Shown here: positions 44,959-53,606 of the stretch, one piece after another
How positions within the stretch are numbered: position 1 is the stretch's first letter
Layout of the letters: every line of letters begins with the position of its first letter
NCBI GenBank assembly: GCA_034926225.1
Contig: JAYFRF010000005.1
Location: 188,884-252,883 of the forward strand
Origin: Clostridiaceae bacterium
GTDB lineage: Bacteria > Bacillota > Clostridia > Oscillospirales > QAMX01
DNA length: 64,000 bases
Direction: 5' to 3'
Made by a program: the position numbers and the translations under genes
The notes under the pieces: model-generated
Database searches by the model: none
Told to the model about the DNA's origin: nothing
What the model saw: the letters and a program-made list of their open reading frames with translations, nothing else

Positions 44959-47223
44959 ATGCGGGAAAACGATCCCGGAAAAACCGGTTTCCCGGAGCGG
45001 CCTTCGATTCCGCCGTCCGTACAGGACGATCGGGAGCTTGATGAGATCATGGAGCTTCTCGGCGATGCCGATCTCACCTCCGACGAGGAATCCGCGTCTC
45101 TCTCCGACAGTAATTTTGTATTCGATGATATTCTGAAGGAATACGAAGGGGATCCTTCCCCCGTTTCTGAAAAACCTTCCCCCACTCCGGCGCCTGTTGA
45201 CGAACCGACACAGCGTATTGTCAAGCCCGTTCTCCCCGCCGAACCGGCCCCCGCCGAGCCTGCGCCGACTGCAGCTCCCGCCCAGTCCGTACCCGCGTCG
45301 GCCGTACCCGTCGAATCGCCGGCCGCCCCCCATACAGACGAAGAAGAAGCCCCGGATGTCCGGCAGACGATTTCCGATCAGGTCTCGCAGGTCATGGACC
45401 AAAAAAAATCGCAGCCCCACCGCCTTCCAAAGCATGTCGCCAAAAACAGCGCGGTTCAGGTTGCCGATGAGTATGAAGAGGTGCCCCCAAAGCCTGACGA
45501 AACCACCGCAAGTTCCCCGGCGCCGACCGGCCCCGCATGCAGCGACGACCTGCGCAGCTTCCGCGGACTGACTCCCGCCGATGCGCTCGCTAAGGCGAAA
45601 AGCGCCGTCCGGTACTATCGCTGGCGCAGCTTTGTGACACTCCTTCTATCGCTGCTTTCCGCCTACGTCACCGCCGCGCCTACCTACGGGCTGCCGCTGC
45701 CGTCGTTTGTATCCTATGTCAAGCTGCCGTTCGTCTATCTGTTCATCCTCAACGCTATTCAGATCGGCGCGATGTTTTTATGCGTTTCGCTTCTTGCCGA
45801 CGGTCTGCGCATGCTGTTCCGCCGGAAGTTTAAGGCGGAAACGCTGCTGTTTTTCCCCTGCCTGATCAATTTGCTCTATACCATGCAGATCATGGTCTCC
45901 CCGACCTCCGGCGGGTATCTCCCCTATCACCCCGTCGTGATCCTGTCCCTGTTCTTCGGTATGCTGACGCGCCTGCTGCGCTACGAAAATGTCGTGCGCA
46001 CCTGCCGCGCGCTGACACTCGGCTCCGGTAAATACGCCGCTGTCAACGGCATCCATACCGCCGACGGACATGTCCGTACCGTTTATAAACAGGAACCGGC
46101 GGGCCTTGAACGCCGCGTGATGGATCGTCTTTGGGATGAGGACCGCGTCGAGCGTTTCCTTTCCTACTACTCTCCCTTCGCGCTCGTCCTCACCGCTGTT
46201 TTCGCTGCCATCGCCGCCCTCTCCGGCTCCGGCACGGTCAGCTTCCTCTGGTGCTGGTCAGCACTCCTGTCTGTTTCTCTGCCCGGCGGTCTGCTCGTCG
46301 CTTGTGTGATGCCCTCCTCGTCCGTTTCCGGCAGGCTTGCCCATACCGGCACGATCCTCGCGGGGCCTCGCGCGCCTGTTCTGTTAAACGATACCGAATC
46401 GGTCATCCTGCAGGAACGCGATGTCTTCCCGACAAAGATGATTTCGTTCTCCCCTGTCAGGGTTTTCTCCGGCTTTACTCCCGAAAAGGTGGACCTCTGT
46501 ACGCTCGCCGTTCTCAAAGCCTCCGGCAGCGGCTTATATCACGCCCTTGCGGTCTCCCTCTCCCGCGTACCGATGAACATGCCGCTGATGGAAAACTTTG
46601 AATTCTACGAAACCGGCGGTATGGGCGCGTTCGTCAACTCCGACCGTATCCTCGTCGGCACCGCGAACTTCATCCTCCGCTCCGGAGTCCGGATCCCGGA
46701 GGGGATCAACCTGAAAAACGGCGTCTTTGTGTCGATCAACATGCAGTTTGCCGGGTTGTATCCCGTAAAATATGACGTACAGCCCTCCGTCCGCCGCGCG
46801 CTGACCTATCTGACGCGCCGGCATCTGACCCCGATTCTCGCCGTGCGTGATTTTAGTATCACCCCTCAGCTCGTTGAGGCCAAATTTAAGATTCCCCCGG
46901 ACTCCCTTGGCTTCCCCGACTTAGGGGAGCGCATCGCCTACTCCGGCATGCGCGACGGGCTGGACGACGAGCCGATCGCGGCACTCGCGGTGGATTCCGC
47001 CGTGAATTTCTCCGACGCCGTCGCTTCCGGCAAGCGCGTCTTCGCCGCCACACGCGTCAATCTCGTGATCGGTCTTATCGCGGCAATCCTCGGCGTCGGT
47101 TTGAATTTCTTCCTCCTCTTTACGCGCAGCGCGGCCTCTATTACGCCGATCAACGTCCTCTATTACACCTGTCTATGGTTTGTCCCGGCTCTTCTGGTTT
47201 CTTTTGCCGCAAATCGTCGTTAA
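44959..47223 (+). CDS. Polytopic membrane protein collinear with P1B-type ATPases but lacking the catalytic motifs; disordered acidic/Pro-rich N-terminus
   Basis: See findings. FEFYETGGMGAFVNSDRILVGTANFIL and GVFVSINMQFAGLYPVKYDVQPSVRRALTYLTRRHLTPILAVRDFSITPQL align to the P-type ATPase N/P domains. DKTGT, TGD and GDGxND are replaced. The start is trimmed to the ATG at 44959 (AAGGTGG SD). Confidence 0.6.
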   Translation: MRENDPGKTGFPERPSIPPSVQDDRELDEIMELLGDADLTSDEESASLSDSNFVFDDILKEYEGDPSPVSEKPSPTPAPVDEPTQRIVKPVLPAEPAPAEPAPTAAPAQSVPASAVPVESPAAPHTDEEEAPDVRQTISDQVSQVMDQKKSQPHRLPKHVAKNSAVQVADEYEEVPPKPDETTASSPAPTGPACSDDLRSFRGLTPADALAKAKSAVRYYRWRSFVTLLLSLLSAYVTAAPTYGLPLPSFVSYVKLPFVYLFILNAIQIGAMFLCVSLLADGLRMLFRRKFKAETLLFFPCLINLLYTMQIMVSPTSGGYLPYHPVVILSLFFGMLTRLLRYENVVRTCRALTLGSGKYAAVNGIHTADGHVRTVYKQEPAGLERRVMDRLWDEDRVERFLSYYSPFALVLTAVFAAIAALSGSGTVSFLWCWSALLSVSLPGGLLVACVMPSSSVSGRLAHTGTILAGPRAPVLLNDTESVILQERDVFPTKMISFSPVRVFSGFTPEKVDLCTLAVLKASGSGLYHALAVSLSRVPMNMPLMENFEFYETGGMGAFVNSDRILVGTANFILRSGVRIPEGINLKNGVFVSINMQFAGLYPVKYDVQPSVRRALTYLTRRHLTPILAVRDFSITPQLVEAKFKIPPDSLGFPDLGERIAYSGMRDGLDDEPIAALAVDSAVNFSDAVASGKRVFAATRVNLVIGLIAAILGVGLNFFLLFTRSAASITPINVLYYTCLWFVPALLVSFAANRR

Positions 47224-47270
47224 TTCGCCTGTTTTTTTGTGATTTTTCTGCACTCAATGAAAATTAGTGC

Positions 47271-47299
47271 TTGCATTTAAGCCTTCAATCGAGTATAAT
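47271..47299 (+). promoter_or_regulatory. Sigma-A promoter for the EF-G paralogue
   Basis: TTGCAT, a 17-nt spacer, then TATAAT. Confidence 0.6.
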
Positions 47300-47350
47300 A
47301 TTACTTAATGCGGATCATTTCATTTTTTAACGCCATAAAGGAGTATGAAC

Positions 47351-49414
47351 ATGGGGTACACACCGGATAAGATCAGAAACGTTACATTGCTCGGCCATGG
47401 CGGCGACGGCAAGACCTCTCTCGCCGAAAGCCTTCTCTTTCTGACGAAGGGTACGGACCGCTTAGGGAAGGTCACCGACGGCAATACCGTCTGCGATTAC
47501 GATCCCGAGGAAATCCGTCGCCAGTTCACCATCGGCGCCTCCCTCGCGCCTGTGGAATATAATGGCTTTAAATTAAACTTTATCGATACCCCCGGATTTT
47601 TCGATTTCGCCGGTGAAATTATGCAGGCTCTCCGCGTTACCGAAACCGGTTTGATCTTTGCAACCGCCAAATCCGGCGTCGCGGTCGGTACCGAAAAGAG
47701 CTGGAAGTATTGCGTCGATCGCAATCTTTCCCGTATGTTCTATATCTCCAAACTCGATGAAGAGCATGCCGATTTCACGCGCGTTGCCGATCAGCTCCGC
47801 TCTCAGTTCGGCTCCTCCGTCTGCCCCATCACCTTCCCCGTGATGAACGGTACCAAGGTCGACTGCATCGTTGACGTCGTGAAGAATAAGGCTTATAAGA
47901 CCGACGGCGGAAAGCTTACCGAGACGGCTGTTCCCGCCTCCGCCGCTTCCGTTATGGAAGATTACCGCGCCCAGCTTTCCGAAGCCATCGCCGAAACCGA
48001 CGACGATCTGATGGAGAAGTTCTTCGCCGAGGAACCCTTCACGGAAGAAGAATTCCTTAAGGGCGTCAAGGCCGCCGTTAAGACCGGCGCCCTCGCACCC
48101 ATCTTCTGTGGTGCCGCGACGACCGGCGACGGTACCCTCCCGCTTTTACAGAGTATCATCGATTATGCGCCTTCCCCTCTCGACGCACCCGCCCAGCTCA
48201 CCGCTGACGGCGACGAGGTTGCCGCCGATCCCGGTGCGCCGACCTGCGCCTTCGTCTTCAAAACAGTCACCGACCAGTATGGCCGTTTCTCCTTCTTCCG
48301 CGTCATGGCCGGCAAGGTCTCCGCGGATATGTCCCTTACCAATGCCCGTACCGGTGAGCCGGAAAAGATCGGCCACATCTACATGGTTCGCGGCAAGAAG
48401 AACATCGAGGTAACCGAAATCGGTCTCGGCGACATCGGCGCCGTTTCCAAACTCGTCAACACCAAGACCAACGATACCCTCTGCGCGCCCGGCCGTGTTG
48501 TGTCCCTTGCGCCGATCATCTTTATGGAACCCTGCTACAAGCAGGCCATTAAGCCTAAAGTCAAGGGCGGCGAAGAAAAAATCGCTTCCGGCCTTACGAA
48601 GCTTCGCGACGAGGATCAGACGTTTGAAGCTTATAACGATCCCGAGACGCATGAATACATCATCGCTGGCGCCGGCGACATGCACTTAGACGTCCTCTGC
48701 TCCAAGCTCAAGAGCAAATTCGGCGTTGAGCCGGAGCTTTTTGCCCCGCGTGTCGCGTATCGCGAGAAGATTCGCAAGAAGGTCCAGGCCGAAGGCAAGC
48801 ATAAGAAACAGTCCGGCGGCCATGGCCAGTACGGTCACGTCAAGATCGAGTTCGAGCCCTGCGACAGCACCGAAATGGTCTTTGAGGAACGCGTATTCGG
48901 TGGAAGCGTGCCGAAGAACTTCTTCCCCGCCGTAGAAAAGGGCCTGCGCGACTGCATGGATCGCGGCTTGCTCGCGGGTTACCCCGTCGTGAACCTCAAA
49001 GCCACCCTCTTCGACGGTTCCTACCACGACGTTGACTCCAACGAGCTTTCCTTCAAGATGGCTGCCCGCCTCGCGTTCAAGGACGGCTTCCCGAAGGCGA
49101 ATCCCGTTATCATGGAGCCGATCGGCTCGCTGAAGGTCTTCGTACCGGACGCGAACATGGGCGATATCATTTCCGACATGAACAAGCGCCGCGGTCGTGT
49201 CATGGGTATGACCCCCACCGAAGACGGCTTACAGATGATCGAAGCCGAAGTTCCGATGGCAGAAATGGCTTCCTACGCGATCGACCTGCGTTCGATTTCC
49301 CAAGGGCGCGGCAGATTCGTTCTGAAATTCGAGCGCTACGAGGACGCCCCGCCGATGGTTCAGCAGAAGGTTATCGACGACGCCAAGGCCACGATGGAAG
49401 AGGACGACGAATAA
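47351..49414 (+). CDS. Elongation factor G paralogue (EF-G-like translational GTPase with divergent G motifs)
   Basis: Five-domain EF-G architecture (HKKQSGGHGQYGHV and C-terminal EPIGSLKVFVP...YAIDLRSISQGRGRF). The G motifs are GHGGDGKTS, DTPGF and SKLD. The ATG at 47345 is an alternative start. Confidence 0.85.
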   Translation: MGYTPDKIRNVTLLGHGGDGKTSLAESLLFLTKGTDRLGKVTDGNTVCDYDPEEIRRQFTIGASLAPVEYNGFKLNFIDTPGFFDFAGEIMQALRVTETGLIFATAKSGVAVGTEKSWKYCVDRNLSRMFYISKLDEEHADFTRVADQLRSQFGSSVCPITFPVMNGTKVDCIVDVVKNKAYKTDGGKLTETAVPASAASVMEDYRAQLSEAIAETDDDLMEKFFAEEPFTEEEFLKGVKAAVKTGALAPIFCGAATTGDGTLPLLQSIIDYAPSPLDAPAQLTADGDEVAADPGAPTCAFVFKTVTDQYGRFSFFRVMAGKVSADMSLTNARTGEPEKIGHIYMVRGKKNIEVTEIGLGDIGAVSKLVNTKTNDTLCAPGRVVSLAPIIFMEPCYKQAIKPKVKGGEEKIASGLTKLRDEDQTFEAYNDPETHEYIIAGAGDMHLDVLCSKLKSKFGVEPELFAPRVAYREKIRKKVQAEGKHKKQSGGHGQYGHVKIEFEPCDSTEMVFEERVFGGSVPKNFFPAVEKGLRDCMDRGLLAGYPVVNLKATLFDGSYHDVDSNELSFKMAARLAFKDGFPKANPVIMEPIGSLKVFVPDANMGDIISDMNKRRGRVMGMTPTEDGLQMIEAEVPMAEMASYAIDLRSISQGRGRFVLKFERYEDAPPMVQQKVIDDAKATMEEDDE

Positions 49415-49434
49415 AAATCCCGCAAAAAAGATCA

Positions 49435-49464
49435 GGCCGCCGGATCGCAGACGATCCGGCGGCC
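49435..49464 (+). terminator. Terminator hairpin after the EF-G paralogue
   Basis: GGCCGCCGGATCG-CAGA-CGATCCGGCGGCC, then ATTTAT. Confidence 0.65.
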
Positions 49465-49480
49465 ATTTATACGTTTCTGT

Positions 49481-49518
49481 CAAAAAAGGCGGCTGCCAGT
49501 TCTTTTCCTGCAGCCGCC
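49481..49518 (-). terminator. Rho-independent terminator after the sugar-binding lipoprotein gene
   Basis: On the minus strand: GGCGGCTGC-loop-GCAGCCGCC followed by TTTTTTG. Confidence 0.8.
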
Positions 49519-49534
49519 TTGCCGTTATAAGGAG

Positions 49535-51118
49535 TTATTTACTCAGCTTATCATTGATTTCCGTCTGCTGCTGGTTGTACAGGTCAATGAGATCCTTTAA
49601 ACCGAGCTTCTCGATTTCCTGTACATAGGCGTCCCAATCGTCGAGCGAGCGCTGGCCGCTGATGAAATCGCCGAGAGCCTGCTGCATCGCGGTGTTGATC
49701 GGGTCATTTAAAATGTTGTACTGTTCGAGGTTTTTGTCGCTCCAGGAGATCGCGGGCAGGCGGTACTCACCGGAGAACTCGCCGATCTTTTCGATCGCTT
49801 CGCGGGCATACTCGGACGCGAAGGTGTTCATCGCGACAGTATCGCAGTTGAGGTAGAAGCCTCTCTGATAGAAGCCGAACTTCGTCGGATAATCGAAGAA
49901 GTTGCTCTGGCCGGCAACGATGCCGATATGGCTCTTGGTGCCGTCGGCGTTGACCGTATAGGACTCGCCTTCGATGCCCCAGTTCATCGCGGTGATGCCG
50001 TCTTCGGAGTACATCCAGTCGAACATGTTAAGCAGGCGATCGACATACTTGGAGCTGACGAAGGTGACGTAACCGGAGGTCAGGAGCTGCGTCTGGGCGT
50101 TAAAGGTCTTGACGCCGCTGCCGCCGCCTTCAAACGGATCCATGAAAGCAAACTGGACGTCGGGATTGTCGGCCTTCATCGCGTTGGTATAGGTATCGAG
50201 ACGGCCGTAGTAATCGTTGAAAACGAAACCCTTATTGGTGGAGATGATTTCCTGCCAGTCGGCGGTGGTCATGGAGAACCAGTTCGTCGGTATCAGCTCG
50301 TCTTCCCACATCTGATGGAGCCAGGTGATGCATTCCTTCATGGGTTCCGCGGTGGAGCCGTAAGTCCAGGCGGAATCGGCGTTGGAATAATACATGCCAT
50401 AACCGCCGCCCCACTGCCACACGATACGGTCGAGGATGCCCGGCCAGCTTCTGTTGGCTAGCGGATAGGAATCCGGATACTCCTCCTTTAGCTTCAAGCA
50501 GGCGTCATGCAGCTCGACCTCGGTCTTCGGGACAGCGATCTCAAATTTCTCAAACAGGTCTTTTCGGTAATCCCAGATCGTGGAGTTGTTGCCCATGCCG
50601 TAACCGATCTGCGGGGTGACATACAGTCCGCCGTCGGCGGCGTAGAACATGTCGGTATAGCCGTCCTGCTGCGCGGCGAGCCATGCTTGATAATTGGGCA
50701 TCCCGGTCAGCTTACCTTCATAATTTACGAGAGCGCCCTGCAAGCCCCAAATGGCGGCTTCCGACGCACTGAACGCGGCGGCCAGGTCCGGCAGCTCGCC
50801 GGAGGCAAGGCCTAAGTTGATCTTATCGGAGATGCCGTCCTGGAAAGGTGTCACGTTGAAGTATATGCCTGTTGCCGCGTTGATTGCGCGTTCGCAAACG
50901 AGATCCTTGGCATACAGATACGACGGGTTCTCGACGATCCACATGTTGACGGTAATATCGTCCTTTTTTACGACCGCGGTAGTCGTCGCGGCGGCCGTCG
51001 TCGCCCCGGCAGCGGTGGTCGCGGCGGTCGTCGCGGTCGAGCCGCCTGCCGAGCAGCCGGCGAACAGGGTGATCAGGAGCAGCGACGCGAGGAAGATGAC
51101 AGCTATGCGCTTTTTCAT
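49535..51118 (-). CDS. Extracellular solute-binding lipoprotein (family-1, LplA/LipO-like large sugar SBP)
   Basis: Lipobox LFAGC, a Thr/Ala linker, and a ~480-aa SBP body. The start is trimmed to 51118. Confidence 0.88.
   Translation of the reverse strand: MKKRIAVIFLASLLLITLFAGCSAGGSTATTAATTAAGATTAAATTTAVVKKDDITVNMWIVENPSYLYAKDLVCERAINAATGIYFNVTPFQDGISDKINLGLASGELPDLAAAFSASEAAIWGLQGALVNYEGKLTGMPNYQAWLAAQQDGYTDMFYAADGGLYVTPQIGYGMGNNSTIWDYRKDLFEKFEIAVPKTEVELHDACLKLKEEYPDSYPLANRSWPGILDRIVWQWGGGYGMYYSNADSAWTYGSTAEPMKECITWLHQMWEDELIPTNWFSMTTADWQEIISTNKGFVFNDYYGRLDTYTNAMKADNPDVQFAFMDPFEGGGSGVKTFNAQTQLLTSGYVTFVSSKYVDRLLNMFDWMYSEDGITAMNWGIEGESYTVNADGTKSHIGIVAGQSNFFDYPTKFGFYQRGFYLNCDTVAMNTFASEYAREAIEKIGEFSGEYRLPAISWSDKNLEQYNILNDPINTAMQQALGDFISGQRSLDDWDAYVQEIEKLGLKDLIDLYNQQQTEINDKLSK
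50975..51040 (-). repeat. Low-complexity ACN/GCN tract encoding a Thr/Ala linker
   Basis: It encodes TATTAATTAAGATTAAATTTA. Confidence 0.55.
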
Positions 51119-51191
51119 GGTTCCTTTTCTCCTTTTCATGGGTGTATTTACTTTAAGCGGTTTTGCCGCAAAAGCACGGTTTACATCCGGT

Positions 51192-52064
51192 TTAGCCCTT
51201 AAGAGAACCGATCATTACGCCCTTCGCGAAGTATTTCTGCAAAAACGGATAGATGATAATCATAGGAAGGATGGACACGATGATCGTCGCGTTCGTCAGT
51301 GTCTCGCCCAATACCAGCGAGTCGCCGGAAAGGGCGTTGGCCTCCTGACTGATCGTAGAACCCGCGATCAGCATCTGCTTTAATAGCACCTGCACGGGGT
51401 ATTTCGCCGTATCGGTCAGATAGATGAACGGCTTCATGTAGGAGTTCCACTCGGCGACCGCGTAGAACAGCGCGATCGTCGTCAGAATCGCCGTCGACAG
51501 CGGGAGCATGATGCGCTGCAGGACGCCCAAGTCGTTTAAACCGTCGATTTTTCCCGCGTCCTCCAGCTCTTTTGGAAGCGACTGGAAGAAGCTCTTCATA
51601 ACGATCAGGTTATACGTGCTGACGCAGCCCATCAGAATCATCAAAAGCCTTGTATTGAGCAGCCCGTAAAGCTTCATCGTCAGGTAAGTCGGGATCATGC
51701 CGCCGTTGAAGAACATCGTGATGACAATCATCGTCATAAAAACGCCGTAGCCCCACAGCCGGTTGCCCTTGCTTAAGGCATATGCACCCGTCGTCGTCAC
51801 GAACATGGCAAGGATCGTATGGAAGAACACGTAAAAAAGCGTATTGCCATAGGCGGGGACGATGTTCGTAGCGCTGAGGATCATCTTATACCCGCCGAAA
51901 TTTAAGCCGATCGGATAGAACGTGACGCTGCCCTGCATCACCGGCAGCGTATCCGACATGGACACGGCGAGAATATGCAGCATCGGGTAAATGATTAATA
52001 ACGCAAACGTAGTAATAAACAGGTATTTTAAAAAAGAGAAAAACGAGAATTTCTGCTGTACCAT
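51192..52064 (-). CDS. Carbohydrate ABC transporter permease (LplC/MalG-like)
   Basis: 290 aa, 6 TM, with the EAA-type loop LPKELEDAGKIDGLNDLGVLQRIMLP. Confidence 0.92.
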   Translation of the reverse strand: MVQQKFSFFSFLKYLFITTFALLIIYPMLHILAVSMSDTLPVMQGSVTFYPIGLNFGGYKMILSATNIVPAYGNTLFYVFFHTILAMFVTTTGAYALSKGNRLWGYGVFMTMIVITMFFNGGMIPTYLTMKLYGLLNTRLLMILMGCVSTYNLIVMKSFFQSLPKELEDAGKIDGLNDLGVLQRIMLPLSTAILTTIALFYAVAEWNSYMKPFIYLTDTAKYPVQVLLKQMLIAGSTISQEANALSGDSLVLGETLTNATIIVSILPMIIIYPFLQKYFAKGVMIGSLKG

Positions 52065-52079
52065 ATTAAAAACCCTCCC

Positions 52080-53027
52080 TTACCACAAGCTGTAGTCCGT
52101 CAGCTTGCGGCTGACGAAGTTGGCCGCCACCACGAACAGCAGGTTAATGAGCGAGTTAAACAGTCCCACGGCCGTCGAGTAACTGAATTGACTGCCGGCA
52201 AGACCCTGCCTGTACACGTAGGTCGAGATGACGTCCGACGTGACAAGGTTCGATGTCGTCTGCATCAGATACGCCTTTTCAAAGCCGACGGACAGCAGCG
52301 AGCCGGTTCTTAACACGAACAACGTTACGATCGTCGGTGCGATGCACGGCAGGGTGATATGCGTAATCTGCTGAAGCTTACCCGCGCCGTCGATCACCGC
52401 GGCCTCATACAGCTCCTGATCGATGGCAGCAAGCGCCGCGTAATAGATAATCGCGCCCCAGCCGGCTTCCTGCCAGATACCCGAAAAGATGTACAGCGAC
52501 CGGAAGTACCGCGGATAAGTAAACACGTCCGCGCGCGGGAACCCGAACAGATTCATGAAATCCATTAAAAGACCGCTGTCGGGGTTGAGCATGCTCTTGA
52601 GCATGCCGACGATAACGACGGTGGAGATAAAGTGCGGCATGTACGAAACGGTCTGGAAGGCTTTTTTCGTCCAGTCCACGCGAACCTCATTGACGACAAG
52701 CGCGAGGAAAATTGTAAACGGAAAGCTGATGATCAACGAATACGCGCTCAGGAGGAACGTATTGCGTACGAGCTTCCAGCTGTTCAGCTCCGTAAAGAAA
52801 CGAATATAATGCTTTGCGCCGACCCATGTGCTGCCGGATACGCCGAGAAACGGTTTGTAATCCATGAACGAAATGGATATGCCCCAAATAGGCACATAGT
52901 TAAACAGAACGAGATAGAGAATGCACGGAAGTACCAGAATCAGCAGATACCGACTGTCGAGGAACTTTTTCTTCCCCGGCGACATCCGCCTGTACCCCGA
53001 GGATACCGGCGTCGCGGCTGTTTTCAT
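52080..53027 (-). CDS. Carbohydrate ABC transporter permease (LplB/MalF-like)
   Basis: IDQELYEAAVIDGAGKLQQITHITLP EAA loop. The start is trimmed to 53027. Confidence 0.9.
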   Translation of the reverse strand: MKTAATPVSSGYRRMSPGKKKFLDSRYLLILVLPCILYLVLFNYVPIWGISISFMDYKPFLGVSGSTWVGAKHYIRFFTELNSWKLVRNTFLLSAYSLIISFPFTIFLALVVNEVRVDWTKKAFQTVSYMPHFISTVVIVGMLKSMLNPDSGLLMDFMNLFGFPRADVFTYPRYFRSLYIFSGIWQEAGWGAIIYYAALAAIDQELYEAAVIDGAGKLQQITHITLPCIAPTIVTLFVLRTGSLLSVGFEKAYLMQTTSNLVTSDVISTYVYRQGLAGSQFSYSTAVGLFNSLINLLFVVAANFVSRKLTDYSLW

Positions 53028-53272
53028 TTCTTTACCCCCCAAAGTCATATTCGCGCGTCCGACAGTCCCGGCGTTTCCGCGGTTCCGGCACAAGCGATGC
53101 CAGGCCGCGGTTCATCGGATTTTCATACCGCTTTTACAAAATGATTATAACAACCCGCCCTAAATTTGTCAATACTTTCCTGCATTCGCAGTTGATTTAT
53201 TTCATTTTCAATATTCTCCCAGTCATTTTTTGTGCCGATTCATTCTTTCCGGCTTTTATTTGTTTTTATATG

Positions 53273-53300
53273 TTGACATTTTTACGGCATATGATATAAT
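53273..53300 (+). promoter_or_regulatory. Sigma-A promoter of the aspS leader
   Basis: TTGACA (53273-78), a 16-nt spacer, then TGATATAAT (extended -10, TATAAT at 53295-53300). Confidence 0.65.
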
Positions 53301-53459
53301 AGATAAAATTTAAGTCGAGGCGATTTTTCATGCTGTTCTTATCACTTTACGACATCGATCGATAGGCGCTTAAGCGTCCCCTTTGCGGAGATGCTCAAGC
53401 GCCATATCGGCGTTGTGTCGCAAGGGGAAAGGACAAATCAGCTCCTTTTATATAAAAAA

Positions 53460-53505
53460 CCCCGTACCGGCACACGTTGCGTTCGTGTAGGTACGGGGTT
53501 TTTAT
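53460..53505 (+). terminator. Leader (attenuator) terminator upstream of aspS
   Basis: CCCCGTACC..ACACG-TTGCGTT-CGTGT..GGTACGGGG followed by TTTTTATTTT. It lies ~150 nt after the promoter and ~100 nt before the aspS start. Confidence 0.75.
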
Positions 53506-53606
53506 TTTCTTTGAGAGGTCGTGGTATCATGCGGCATACAGATTATGCCGAAAGCGATTGGGGTTATTCACCGCATCCATCATACTATATTACGGAGGGC
53601 ATGTAT

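Noticed and set aside
53307-53540. A canonical T-box riboswitch upstream of aspS.
   Set aside because: A GAC-A 'specifier' is present (53351-54), but only ~30 nt are available for Stem I. No AGGGUGGUACCGCG-type T-box precedes the terminator, and the only T-box-like string (GTGGTATCATGCGG) lies after it. I keep it as an open question in the findings rather than as a feature call.
53391-53606. The 72-codon N-terminal extension of the aspS ORF given in the track.
   Set aside because: It contains an intrinsic terminator and lies downstream of a consensus promoter. The AspRS homology begins near the ATG at 53607, which has a GGAGGG SD.
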